A stretch of 64,000 bases of DNA, taken from the NCBI GenBank assembly GCA_965248355.1, contig OZ252098.1, positions 3,680,001 through 3,744,000 on the forward strand, read 5' to 3'. The stretch's first letter is position 1. Each line of letters opens with the position of its first letter. Of the stretch, positions 19,410-28,092 are shown one piece after another. The translations under genes and the position numbers were made by a program. This stretch comes from Candidatus Latescibacterota bacterium. Lineage in GTDB: Bacteria; Latescibacterota; UBA2968; UBA8231. Below the pieces are notes generated by a model. The model was not told the origin of the DNA. It saw only the letters and a program-made list of their open reading frames with translations, and did not search any database.

Positions 19410-20512
19410 TGTCCACACCTCCAGGCGTCGCCATCATCGGCACCGGCCGCGTGGGCTACCAGTTCTCCTTCGGGGAGCTTCCCGACAACCACGGCGAAGC
19501 CGTGGCCGCCTGCGAGGGCCTGCGCCTGGTGGCCGGAGTCAATCGCGGCCGGGACAAGCTCGAGGCCTTCGGACAGCGCTTCGGCGTCGACGCCCTGTTT
19601 CACGACTACCGGCAGATGCTGGAGCAGGCGGCGCCGGAGATCGTCATCGTCGCCACCCATCCCGAGCTGCACTGCGAGATGGTCCTGGAGTGCGCCGCGG
19701 CGCCCTCCGTGCGCGCCATCATCTGCGAGAAACCCATGGCCCTCTCCCTGGAGGAATGCGACCGGATGATCGCGGCCTGCGATCGCGAGTCCGTCCTCCT
19801 GCAGGTCAACCACAACCGGCGCTGGCATCCCGAGTGGCAGCTTGCGGCCCGTCTGCTCGCCGACGGGGCCATCGGCGACCTGGTCCACATCGACTGCTTC
19901 ATGGACGGCTGCAAGCCGGAACCCTCGTGGCGCTCCGAGAACGAGGGTCCCCTGCTCCACGACTACACCCACTACTTCGACCTCATGGACCTCTACGGCG
20001 GGCCGGTGGCCTGGCTCTGCGGCACCGCCGAGCAGCGGACCCGGCCCTGGGCGGTGGAGGACTACGCCGCCGCCTTCCTCAAGTTCGACAGCGGCGTGAC
20101 CGGCACGATCCGCGGCTCCGAGCTGACCACATATTCTGACCACAGCTTCGAGCTGCGCGGCTCCACCGGCCTGATCCGCATGCTGGGGGAGCAGGTGCAC
20201 CTGCAGCAGTCAAAGCAGGGCATGTACGAGCCCGACTCCGGGTTCCAGTGGAGCGACCTCGAGGCCGCCGAGGTCGAACGGCCGGCGCCGGCCAGCACCT
20301 ACGTCGACGCCCTGGTGGAGCTCCTGGCCGCCCTCGACGGAGAGGGAACCCTGCGCTCCGACGGCCGCACCGGACGCCGCTCCATGGAGATGGTGACCGC
20401 CGTGTACCAGTCGCAGCTGACCGGCAACCGGCCCGTCTCCTTCCCCCTGAGCCGGCTCGACAACGGCGTCGAGGCGCTCCGCCAGGCCGGGACCTTCCGC
20501 GAGCGCGGCTGA
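19406..20512 (+). CDS. Gfo/Idh/MocA-family oxidoreductase
   Basis: Motifs IIGTGRVG, ICEKPMA, VNHNRRW and HDYTHYFD. Confidence 0.9.
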   Translation: MMSTPPGVAIIGTGRVGYQFSFGELPDNHGEAVAACEGLRLVAGVNRGRDKLEAFGQRFGVDALFHDYRQMLEQAAPEIVIVATHPELHCEMVLECAAAPSVRAIICEKPMALSLEECDRMIAACDRESVLLQVNHNRRWHPEWQLAARLLADGAIGDLVHIDCFMDGCKPEPSWRSENEGPLLHDYTHYFDLMDLYGGPVAWLCGTAEQRTRPWAVEDYAAAFLKFDSGVTGTIRGSELTTYSDHSFELRGSTGLIRMLGEQVHLQQSKQGMYEPDSGFQWSDLEAAEVERPAPASTYVDALVELLAALDGEGTLRSDGRTGRRSMEMVTAVYQSQLTGNRPVSFPLSRLDNGVEALRQAGTFRERG

Positions 20513-20516
20513 CCGG

Positions 20517-21542
20517 GTGGCCAGGACAAAGAGAAGGGCCCCGGCCCGCCCGGCGGCCCCCAAGCGGCCCAGCCGGCGGCGGCCGGTCCGGGTCGCCGTC
20601 ATCGGCGCCGGGGGCCGCGCCGCGAGCGCCCACTACCCCTGCCTGGCGCAGTTGCCCAACTGTGATCTCGTAGCTGCTTGCGACCTGGACGAAACCAGGC
20701 TGGAGGAGGTCTGCGACCGCTTCGAAATCTCCGGCCGATACGCCAGTTACCAGGAGATGATCGGCACGGAGCGGCCCGACGCCGTGTACGCCATCATGCC
20801 GCCCCACCACCTCTACGACGTGGCCGCCACGGTGATCGACATGGGCTGCCACCTCTTCGTCGAGAAGCCCCCTGCAGTGACCACCGAGCAGGTGCGCCAG
20901 CTGGCCGCCGCCGCCCGCCGCCGGAAGGTGCTCACGGGCGTCACCTTCCAGCGCCGGTTCTCGCCCGTCATCCGGCAGGGCAAGGCGCGCTGCGAGCAGC
21001 GCGGACCCGTGCACACCGCCCACGCCTCCTTCTACAAGAATCAGGTCGGCGCCAGCCCGTACTACAAAGGCGCCATGGACATGCTCACCTGCGACGGCAT
21101 CCACGCCGTCGACACCCTGCGCTACCTGTGCGGCGGAGACGTGGTCAGCGTGGCCGCCGACAACCGCCGCCTGGACGCCGGCCACTGGAACATCCACCTC
21201 GCCCTGGTGCGGTTCTCCTCCGGCGCCACCGGCCTGCTGCTGAACAACTTCATGGCCGGCCGGCGCACGTTCTCGGTGGAGATCCACTCCGCCGGCGTGA
21301 GTTTCTTCGGGGATCCCGAGGAGGGCGGACAGCTCTTTGCCGACGACCGGACGGATCCCATCGAGCAACTCGACCCGGCGGCGCTGGCCGGCAGCAGCGA
21401 GCCCCACCGGGCCCACGGCGCCTGGGACACCAACGCCCATTTCCTGGAATGCGTCCGCAGGGGCGTGGCCCCGGAGACGAACTTCGAGGACGCCATCCGC
21501 ACGATGGAGCTGGTAGAGGCCGTGTACGGCGGGCAGATCTGA
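20517..21542 (+). CDS. Gfo/Idh/MocA-family oxidoreductase
   Basis: Motifs VIGAGG, FVEKPP, FQRRF and DGIHAVD. Confidence 0.9.
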   Translation: MARTKRRAPARPAAPKRPSRRRPVRVAVIGAGGRAASAHYPCLAQLPNCDLVAACDLDETRLEEVCDRFEISGRYASYQEMIGTERPDAVYAIMPPHHLYDVAATVIDMGCHLFVEKPPAVTTEQVRQLAAAARRRKVLTGVTFQRRFSPVIRQGKARCEQRGPVHTAHASFYKNQVGASPYYKGAMDMLTCDGIHAVDTLRYLCGGDVVSVAADNRRLDAGHWNIHLALVRFSSGATGLLLNNFMAGRRTFSVEIHSAGVSFFGDPEEGGQLFADDRTDPIEQLDPAALAGSSEPHRAHGAWDTNAHFLECVRRGVAPETNFEDAIRTMELVEAVYGGQI

Positions 21543-21558
21543 GGGTGGTGCCCCGCCT

Positions 21559-23040
21559 CTACACGAGAGCCGCGGTGATCTCGGCCCCGGCGTCGTCGTC
21601 CAGGGGGAAGATCGGCCGAGTGACGTTCCGGTAGGGCAGGGACCTCAGGTTGGCGCTCGTCGACCCGGGGCAGTCCACGGGCACGATGCGGTCGGCGATC
21701 GCCTCGTAGTGGGTGCGGAACCCGTTGGGGCTCTTGCAGACCACAAGGTCGAAATCAGCCGGGTTCAGCCCCCTTGCCTCGAAGACGCGGCGCCCCATGA
21801 TCGAGACCGGAAACTCGGTCGTCATGATCACCGTGGCTCCGCTCACCAGGACCGCCGTCCTTCCAGCCCGTGAGACCTCCCCCGATTCGGTGAGGAAGTT
21901 GCCGTCGTGGAGACTCCGCACGTAGACCTCGCACTCCACCGGCTGGTGCCGTTCCCGGTCGACCGTTCCCCCCAGGGACACGGTGAAGCGGCTGCCGACG
22001 CCCCGCGAGAAGGCCGCCTCCACGGCCGGCGCGTCCACCAGGGGCAGCAGGGCGCTCTTGCCGTATCCAGCGTCGATGAGGCCCCTCAGGATCCAGTTGC
22101 TGTCGCCGGAGGCGCCGCTGGAGGTCGCGTCCGCGGCGTCGGAGAACACGGTCAGCCCGGATTCCCGCGCGGCGACGGCCACGGCTTCCTCCACCGGGAC
22201 CAGCTCCGCCTGCATGCTCCCGCGGTGCTCCCACATGAAGCCGGCCAGCTCCTCGGCCAGGTCCCGCGCCATCTGCGGCTCGCCGTCGCTGGTGACGACG
22301 GTGTTGGTGCGCAGTTCGGGCACATCGGTGAAGGGATTGCCGATGTTGACCAGCGCCGACAGCCCCTTTTCCCCGGACTCGAAGGTCTTGCAGCGGTCGA
22401 TGGCCCGGCCGAAGAGTCCGGTCTCCGTGATCAGCTCGTCGCCGCGCACCAGCATGGGAAGCTTGACCTGCGCCACCGCCGGCCGCACGCCGCCCCCAAG
22501 GAGCCGCACGAGATTGCCGGCGGCGCGCCGCCCGGTGAGCCGCATGTCGGTGTGCGGATAGGTGTGCAGGGCCACGGTGACGTCGGCCGAGCGAACGAGA
22601 CGGTCGGTGAGGATGGCGTGCAGGTCGTAGGAAGCGACGACCGGCTTGTCCCCCATGATCGCCCGCACCTGCTCGAGGATGCGGCCCTCGGGGTCGTGCT
22701 CCTCGCAGCCGGCCATGGCACCGTGAAAGGCGATGCAGGCTCCGTCGGCGTCTTTCGCGGCGGCGATGGCCTCCAGCATCTCGGCGGTCATGCCGTCGAG
22801 GTCGGGGGCCGGCACGGGGCCGCCCGAGGTCACCGAGCAGGCGCCGTAGGTCGGGATCACGTCGACGCCCTCCCGGGCGAAGACGTCGAGGCCGCCGGCG
22901 ATGTAGCTGTTGGTTCCCGCGTAGCGCTCGATCAGCTCCTCTCCGCGGGAGATGTCGAAGCGGTCCCTCGTGGTGGTGCGGGGGTTGAAGTGGGACGTCT
23001 CCTGGTAGAAGAACGCGATCAGGACTTTTCGGCCTGCCAT
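21559..23040 (-). CDS. M81/MlrC-family metallopeptidase
   Basis: Motifs QETSHF, FHGAM, DPEG, YDLHA, TYPHTD and DAADATSSGASGD. Confidence 0.85.
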   Translation of the reverse strand: MAGRKVLIAFFYQETSHFNPRTTTRDRFDISRGEELIERYAGTNSYIAGGLDVFAREGVDVIPTYGACSVTSGGPVPAPDLDGMTAEMLEAIAAAKDADGACIAFHGAMAGCEEHDPEGRILEQVRAIMGDKPVVASYDLHAILTDRLVRSADVTVALHTYPHTDMRLTGRRAAGNLVRLLGGGVRPAVAQVKLPMLVRGDELITETGLFGRAIDRCKTFESGEKGLSALVNIGNPFTDVPELRTNTVVTSDGEPQMARDLAEELAGFMWEHRGSMQAELVPVEEAVAVAARESGLTVFSDAADATSSGASGDSNWILRGLIDAGYGKSALLPLVDAPAVEAAFSRGVGSRFTVSLGGTVDRERHQPVECEVYVRSLHDGNFLTESGEVSRAGRTAVLVSGATVIMTTEFPVSIMGRRVFEARGLNPADFDLVVCKSPNGFRTHYEAIADRIVPVDCPGSTSANLRSLPYRNVTRPIFPLDDDAGAEITAALV

Positions 23041-23041
23041 C

Positions 23042-24823
23042 TCAACCGTCCCCCTGGCTGCCTGGGAGCGAGGGTGCCGGGCCCTCCGCGAGTGCCGCAA
23101 CGCCCGTGATCGCGTCCAGCTTCTCGCGGATCTCGGGATCGATCTCCCCGGCGGGGACGTGCTCGGCCAGTTCGTAGAAGTTCTTCTTGGCCATCAGGTT
23201 CGGCAGTCCGAGCTTCTCGAAGTAGGCCTCGAAGAGCGGCACCAGGAACTCGTCGCTTGCCTTGATGTCCGGGTCCCACGGAGACCCCTTGCCAAGCGTC
23301 TTCAAGGCTGACTCGACTTCCCCGATCGCCTCGCCCATCGTCTTCAAACGCCTGTCAGCTTCGGCCGCCGTGAACAGGGCCCCGGTTGCGTTTTCCGGTG
23401 CCGAAGCCCTGGCGTATGCCTCAAGCGTAGATCGGGAACAGAGATAGTTCTCAATCTCACGCCGCTTCCAGATCTGGCACTCAACCGGCGAAAGGTTGGG
23501 CGGACCCGCTTCGAGGCGATCGAACAGGGCGACACCAAGAAGTCCGGGGCGCGCCTCCCTCAGACCGAAGAAATGGTCCTGAACCGCCCTGGGCCGGTTG
23601 CCCACGTAATGCACGAAGGGCCGCTCAAGAGCCTTGGTGGCCGCATCCTGGCCCAGCCGACGCGCGAAGGCCTGCAGGATCGACAAGTCCGTAGATCCTT
23701 CGAGATACAGCGCCCAGCCGGTCTGTTCCGCCTGGTAATACTGGTCGAACCCGATCTCCCTGAGTGCCTTCAGCACCTGGCTGCCGCGGCCGTCGATGCG
23801 GTGGGGCTCGCCCACGAAGGCGACCACCAGGTCCTGGCCCGCGGCCTCGTTGAGCAGCACCTCGGAATGACTGGCGGCGATGATCTGACTCCCGCTCTCG
23901 CCCGCCACCTCGGTGAGCAGGCGGTAGATCTGGCGCTGCCGGAGGATCTCCAGGTGGGCGTCCGGTTCGTCGAGGAGCAGGACCGCGCCTGGATTCGCGT
24001 ACATGTATGCCAGAAGCAGCAGGGTCTGCTGCAGGCCGCGCCCGGCAGACGACAAGTCCAGCTCGACGGGGCGCTCGCGATCGGGGACCTGCTCGCGATA
24101 GGTCATCGCGATCTCGCCGCGCTCGGCGATGTAGCGCGGTGGACGGATCTCGGAACCGAACAGGCTCTCGATCTGGCCGACCAGCCCCTTCCACACTGCT
24201 TCGTCCTCGTCGTGGACCTGCAAGCAGAGATTGCGCAGCACCTCCGCGGTGCGCCCCTCTCCTACCCGGACGTTGACCGCCCCCTCGTCGAGACGGGTCT
24301 CCGTGGCCGCGAGCCCGGACATCGGCGGCAGGAAGGCGATCGGCACGGTTCCCGCATCGCGGGGGACCGGCATGCGATCAGGAGTCCTGCCCTCGGACAG
24401 GCGCAGCGGCCGGCAGTAGAAGGATTCGTCGTTGGCATAGTCGAACTCCAGCCCGCAGGTCCAGGACCGGTCATTGGTCACGCCCTCGACGACGATGTCG
24501 ATGCAGATATTGCTGGTCTGCTGCCGGCCGCCGACCCTGCGTACATCGCGCACGTGCAGTCCGCGCCACAGCAGATTGGTGTCTGGAATCGGGATGGCCA
24601 CCAAGTCGCGGCGGTTGACGGTCACGCCGGGGCGCTTCTCCGGCGCGGTCCTTCCGGACCGCTTCTCGTTCCAGCGCCTGAGGCCGACGTCCCAGAGGGC
24701 GAGGGCCTGCATGGCCGAGGTCTTCCCTGAGTTGTTGGGTCCGATGAAGACCACCGGGCTCCCCAGCTCGATCTCGACCTCGCCGAAGCGCTTGAAGTTG
24801 CGGATGGTGAGCTTGGTAAGCAT
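23042..24823 (-). CDS. ABC/AAA ATPase with TOPRIM-like C-terminus (OLD-family-like ATP-dependent endonuclease)
   Basis: IRNFKRF, Walker A GPNNSGKT, signature SAGRG, Walker B LLLDEPDAHL and H-loop ASHS. The C-terminal half has YLEGSTD, LFD and REIENYL. Confidence 0.8.
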   Translation of the reverse strand: MLTKLTIRNFKRFGEVEIELGSPVVFIGPNNSGKTSAMQALALWDVGLRRWNEKRSGRTAPEKRPGVTVNRRDLVAIPIPDTNLLWRGLHVRDVRRVGGRQQTSNICIDIVVEGVTNDRSWTCGLEFDYANDESFYCRPLRLSEGRTPDRMPVPRDAGTVPIAFLPPMSGLAATETRLDEGAVNVRVGEGRTAEVLRNLCLQVHDEDEAVWKGLVGQIESLFGSEIRPPRYIAERGEIAMTYREQVPDRERPVELDLSSAGRGLQQTLLLLAYMYANPGAVLLLDEPDAHLEILRQRQIYRLLTEVAGESGSQIIAASHSEVLLNEAAGQDLVVAFVGEPHRIDGRGSQVLKALREIGFDQYYQAEQTGWALYLEGSTDLSILQAFARRLGQDAATKALERPFVHYVGNRPRAVQDHFFGLREARPGLLGVALFDRLEAGPPNLSPVECQIWKRREIENYLCSRSTLEAYARASAPENATGALFTAAEADRRLKTMGEAIGEVESALKTLGKGSPWDPDIKASDEFLVPLFEAYFEKLGLPNLMAKKNFYELAEHVPAGEIDPEIREKLDAITGVAALAEGPAPSLPGSQGDG

Positions 24824-24848
24824 CGGATTAGATGTCGTCGCAAATCAG

Positions 24849-25037
24849 CTATAACAGCTCGTTGAGTTTCTTGAAGGCCCGCTGGAAACGATCAAGCTCT
24901 TCTGCGCTCAATTCTTCCTCAAAAGTACCACTGTTTTCGCTAAGGTAGCGAGCAGGTCGATAGTGATTGAAGACGGTGCCACTTTGAAGCGGTACTCTCT
25001 CCAGGTACTCTTCTAGTTCCGGATACCGCAGGTGCCG
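24849..25037 (-). pseudogene. Start-less lower-GC gene fragment, probably the C-terminus of another AAA/OLD-type protein
   Basis: 62 sense codons RHLRYPELEEYLERVPLQSGTVFNHYRPARYLSENSGTFEEELSAEELDRFQRAFKKLNELL. No ATG or RBS, and visibly more AT-rich than the flanks. The family assignment is from recalled motif similarity. Confidence 0.55.
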
Positions 25038-25412
25038 TCATCCTCCGCTCCGTTTCACCCGCCAACCCTTCTCCTGCAGGGCCCGGACTAGGCGGTCCCG
25101 GTGATCCCCCTGGATCTCCACGACCCCGTCCCGCACGGTGCCGCCGGCGCCGCACAGGGCCTTCAGCTCCCTGGCCAGTGCATCCAGATCGTCTTCGCGA
25201 ACGGGCAGGCCGGTCAGGATCGTCACCCCCTTCCCCTTCCGCCCCTTGGTCTCGCGGCCGACGCGGACAATCCCGTCCGCCGGCGCAACCGGGCCCGCCG
25301 GCCGCCCGGGTCCGCCCCGCCGAGCGTCCCTCCGGCCCTGGGGGGTCTCCTTGCGGACATCGCCGGTGCCGGTGGAATAGACCAGCTCCGAGTTCCGGCT
25401 CTTCGCCTTCAC
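25038..25412 (-). CDS. yciH: Translation initiation factor SUI1/YciH
   Basis: Motifs LVYST, DGIVRVGRETKGRKGKGVT and CGAGGTVRDGVVEIQGDHR. Confidence 0.92.
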   Translation of the reverse strand: MKAKSRNSELVYSTGTGDVRKETPQGRRDARRGGPGRPAGPVAPADGIVRVGRETKGRKGKGVTILTGLPVREDDLDALARELKALCGAGGTVRDGVVEIQGDHRDRLVRALQEKGWRVKRSGG

Positions 25413-26236
25413 CGGAAGTAGAGCTTCTGCGCCGTGCCCCCGAGGATGTGCTCCCGGTCGGCGGCGGTGAAGAAGTCGATCATCTCCGCCATGATCAGGT
25501 ACTCGTAGTAGTTGGCCCACAGCATCCGCTCGGGCCCGAAGGCGTCGTAGACCCGCCGCAGGTAGGGCCACATGTCCCGGAAGGGCAGCTTCTGGCGGGA
25601 CGGATTGTGGAGCGACGTCCGGATGTAGACGTTCGGCAGCCGCTGCAGGTCCAGCAGGGGGCCGATGCCCTCGTCGTCGGGCCGGTCGATGTCGATCATG
25701 GCGAAGTGGTCGATGACGACGTTGACGCCGGGGTGCCGCGCCGCCATGTCGGCCACCTGGCCGATCTGTTGCGGCGCCAGGAAGATGTTGAAAGCGGCGC
25801 CGAGGTCGGCGGCCTTGCGCCACAGGGGATCGCAGACCGGGTCGTTCAGCCAGGTCACCTCGCGGTCGTAGATCGGGCTCAGGCGCAGCCCCGCGAGCCC
25901 GCTCTCGACGACGAGCTGCTCCAGCCGCTCGGCGTTGCCCTCGCCGTCGGCGGGTGGGTAGAGCCGCGCCCCCACGAGCAGGCCGATGGCGGCGAACCGC
26001 TCCGGCCACCGCTTAACGCAGTGCACGGCGTAGTCGTTGTTGCGCCCGTAGTAGCAGACGTGGCTGATCACGGTGCGGTCGATGCCGTGCTGGTTCATCA
26101 GCGCGATCAGGTCCTCCCCCGACAGCTCGTGATCGGGCATGGCCCGCGGGCAGCTGGAGATGGCCGGGTCGATGGGGAAGCGGTCGTCGTACAGGACCCA
26201 GGCGTGCTCGGCGCCATCGATGACGGGCGTCCTCAC
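25409..26236 (-). CDS. Amidohydrolase_2-family protein (lactonase-like)
   Basis: Motifs IDGAEHAW, GIDRTV, VVIDHFA, AFGPERMLW and ILGGTA. Confidence 0.82.
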   Translation of the reverse strand: MRTPVIDGAEHAWVLYDDRFPIDPAISSCPRAMPDHELSGEDLIALMNQHGIDRTVISHVCYYGRNNDYAVHCVKRWPERFAAIGLLVGARLYPPADGEGNAERLEQLVVESGLAGLRLSPIYDREVTWLNDPVCDPLWRKAADLGAAFNIFLAPQQIGQVADMAARHPGVNVVIDHFAMIDIDRPDDEGIGPLLDLQRLPNVYIRTSLHNPSRQKLPFRDMWPYLRRVYDAFGPERMLWANYYEYLIMAEMIDFFTAADREHILGGTAQKLYFR

Positions 26237-28092
26237 CCGCTCGCCCCCCAGGAGTAGACGTGGGAACCGCTGCCGAAGTAGATGCGGCCCCCGAGGTGAT
26301 CGCCCCCTGGACCGATGGGCACCGGCGACTCGGCGCGCAGCCGGATGCCGAAGCGGTCCGGGCCCGCCCCCTTGTCGACGATCTCGGCCACGCCCCGCCG
26401 CAGCAGCACGAAGCGCTCGCCGGCCGGGCCCGTGACGAAGACCCGCGGCCCCTGCTGGCCGCAGGTCCGTCCCAGCTGCGCCTCCACGTCCAGCTCCTGC
26501 ACCACCTGCCGCGATGCCGGGTCGAAAGCAAAGAGCCGGGCCGAATCCGCGAATCCGAGGACCAGGCCGTCGGGGCCCCGGGACAGATCGGTGTAGGACG
26601 CGACCTCTTCCAGGACCACGCCGCGCCAGGTCACGGCTCCCTCCTCGAGATCGACGATGACCATCTCCGCCCGCTGCGCCTTCTGCTCGCCGCCGGTGCC
26701 GGGCGCCACCGTCATGCCCACCAGCACCCGCCCGCCGGGCAGCTCCACGAGGCTGTGGGGCGCCTGCTCCGGCACCAGTTCCGTGTGCTCGAGGAGCCGG
26801 CCCTCCTTCCCGGCGCGGTCCCAGATCAGCAGGCCGCCGCCGGTGTACCCGTATCCCGGGGTGCCGCCCAGCACGACCCGGCGGCCGTCGGCCGTGGCCA
26901 GAAGGCAGTGGGGACGGTTGATGGCCGGCGTGCACTGCGTCCACCAGCGCGGGTTGCCGTTCTCGTCCCCCGGCTCGGTGGCCACCCAGTCCCGCGCCGG
27001 GTCCCACTCCAGCAGGAAGCCGCCCGTGTATCCGCCCACGAAGAACCGGTCGCCGGCGGCGCGCACCGTGTTCCACTGGCCGAAGCTGTCCCGGTTCGTC
27101 CATCCGTCGCCGGCCGGATCGTAGCCGAAGAACCGCATGGGGAAGGCGGTGCCGCCGCAGATCGTGCCGTCCGGCGCCGCCGCCAGGCCCATGATGTGAG
27201 CGCCCTCGCTCGTGTAGTCGAAGGACATCTCGCGGCGGCGGCCGTCCGCGTCCTGGACGACCATCCGCTTTTCCACGGTGTCGCAGACCAGCAGCCTGGC
27301 GCCGTCCGGGAAGTCGGCGTGGAACAGCCCCTGGCTGCCGGTGATGATCGCCTTCGGCCGGCGGCTCTCGTGGCGGCCGATGGCCTCGGCCTCTCCCCGG
27401 TAGAGCCGCAGCCAGCCCCCGCCGGCGCCGGCCCGGGCCTGCCCGTAGACGCGTCCGTCCTCGTCGCGGTAGACCTGCGCCGAGCCCTGGCGCCGCTCCT
27501 CCTCGGCCAGCAGCGGCTTCGCCTCGCCGCCGTCGGGCTCGAGGGCCACGATCTGGCTCGAGGTGTTACCCACGGCGAAGTAGATCCAGCCGCTGTCGTC
27601 GGCGGCGATCGACCGCTGGTACTGGCGCCAGTTCTGGAGGTACACGTGGCCGTAGTCGCGGAAGGCGCGCACCTCCGGATCGAAGCAGGCGACGCCGGAG
27701 TCCGGGTAGCTGGCCAGCCAGATGCGGCCGTCGTCGTCCTCGGTCATCCCCATGGCCATCTGGGGAACCGTGCGGTGGTGGAAGGTGAACTCCCGGGCCT
27801 CGGGATCGTACTCGCAGAAGTGGCTGTTGAAATGGGTGTAGAAGCGGTTCCGGGTCGACAGGATCGAGGCGAAGGGGCAGTCGCCGCCCGGGTCGAAGGG
27901 CACGGGCACCTCGAGGGACTCGCCGGTGCCCGCGTCGATCTGCAGCAGGGCGTAACAGCCGCGGTGGTCGTAGAGCCAGAGCAGCACCACGTTGCGGCCG
28001 TCGCCGTCCACCGTGGCCACTGTTCCGCGGTGGTTGCTCACCGGTGTGGCCACCCCGTGGTGGTGGAAGCCGTTGCCGAGGTCTTCTTTCAT
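26233..28092 (-). CDS. Hypothetical cytoplasmic beta-propeller protein (619 aa)
   Basis: Repeated blade-like motifs (DDDGRIW, DDSGWIY, DEDGRVY, APDGTI, GPDGLV). Codon usage and 4-bp overlaps with both neighbours support it as real. Confidence 0.7.
   Translation of the reverse strand: MKEDLGNGFHHHGVATPVSNHRGTVATVDGDGRNVVLLWLYDHRGCYALLQIDAGTGESLEVPVPFDPGGDCPFASILSTRNRFYTHFNSHFCEYDPEAREFTFHHRTVPQMAMGMTEDDDGRIWLASYPDSGVACFDPEVRAFRDYGHVYLQNWRQYQRSIAADDSGWIYFAVGNTSSQIVALEPDGGEAKPLLAEEERRQGSAQVYRDEDGRVYGQARAGAGGGWLRLYRGEAEAIGRHESRRPKAIITGSQGLFHADFPDGARLLVCDTVEKRMVVQDADGRRREMSFDYTSEGAHIMGLAAAPDGTICGGTAFPMRFFGYDPAGDGWTNRDSFGQWNTVRAAGDRFFVGGYTGGFLLEWDPARDWVATEPGDENGNPRWWTQCTPAINRPHCLLATADGRRVVLGGTPGYGYTGGGLLIWDRAGKEGRLLEHTELVPEQAPHSLVELPGGRVLVGMTVAPGTGGEQKAQRAEMVIVDLEEGAVTWRGVVLEEVASYTDLSRGPDGLVLGFADSARLFAFDPASRQVVQELDVEAQLGRTCGQQGPRVFVTGPAGERFVLLRRGVAEIVDKGAGPDRFGIRLRAESPVPIGPGGDHLGGRIYFGSGSHVYSWGASG

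Noticed and set aside
17782..23040. Microcystin degradation (mlr) cluster
   Set aside because: Only MlrC-like M81 peptidases are present, with no mlrA/B/D-like genes. The family is widespread with unknown substrates.
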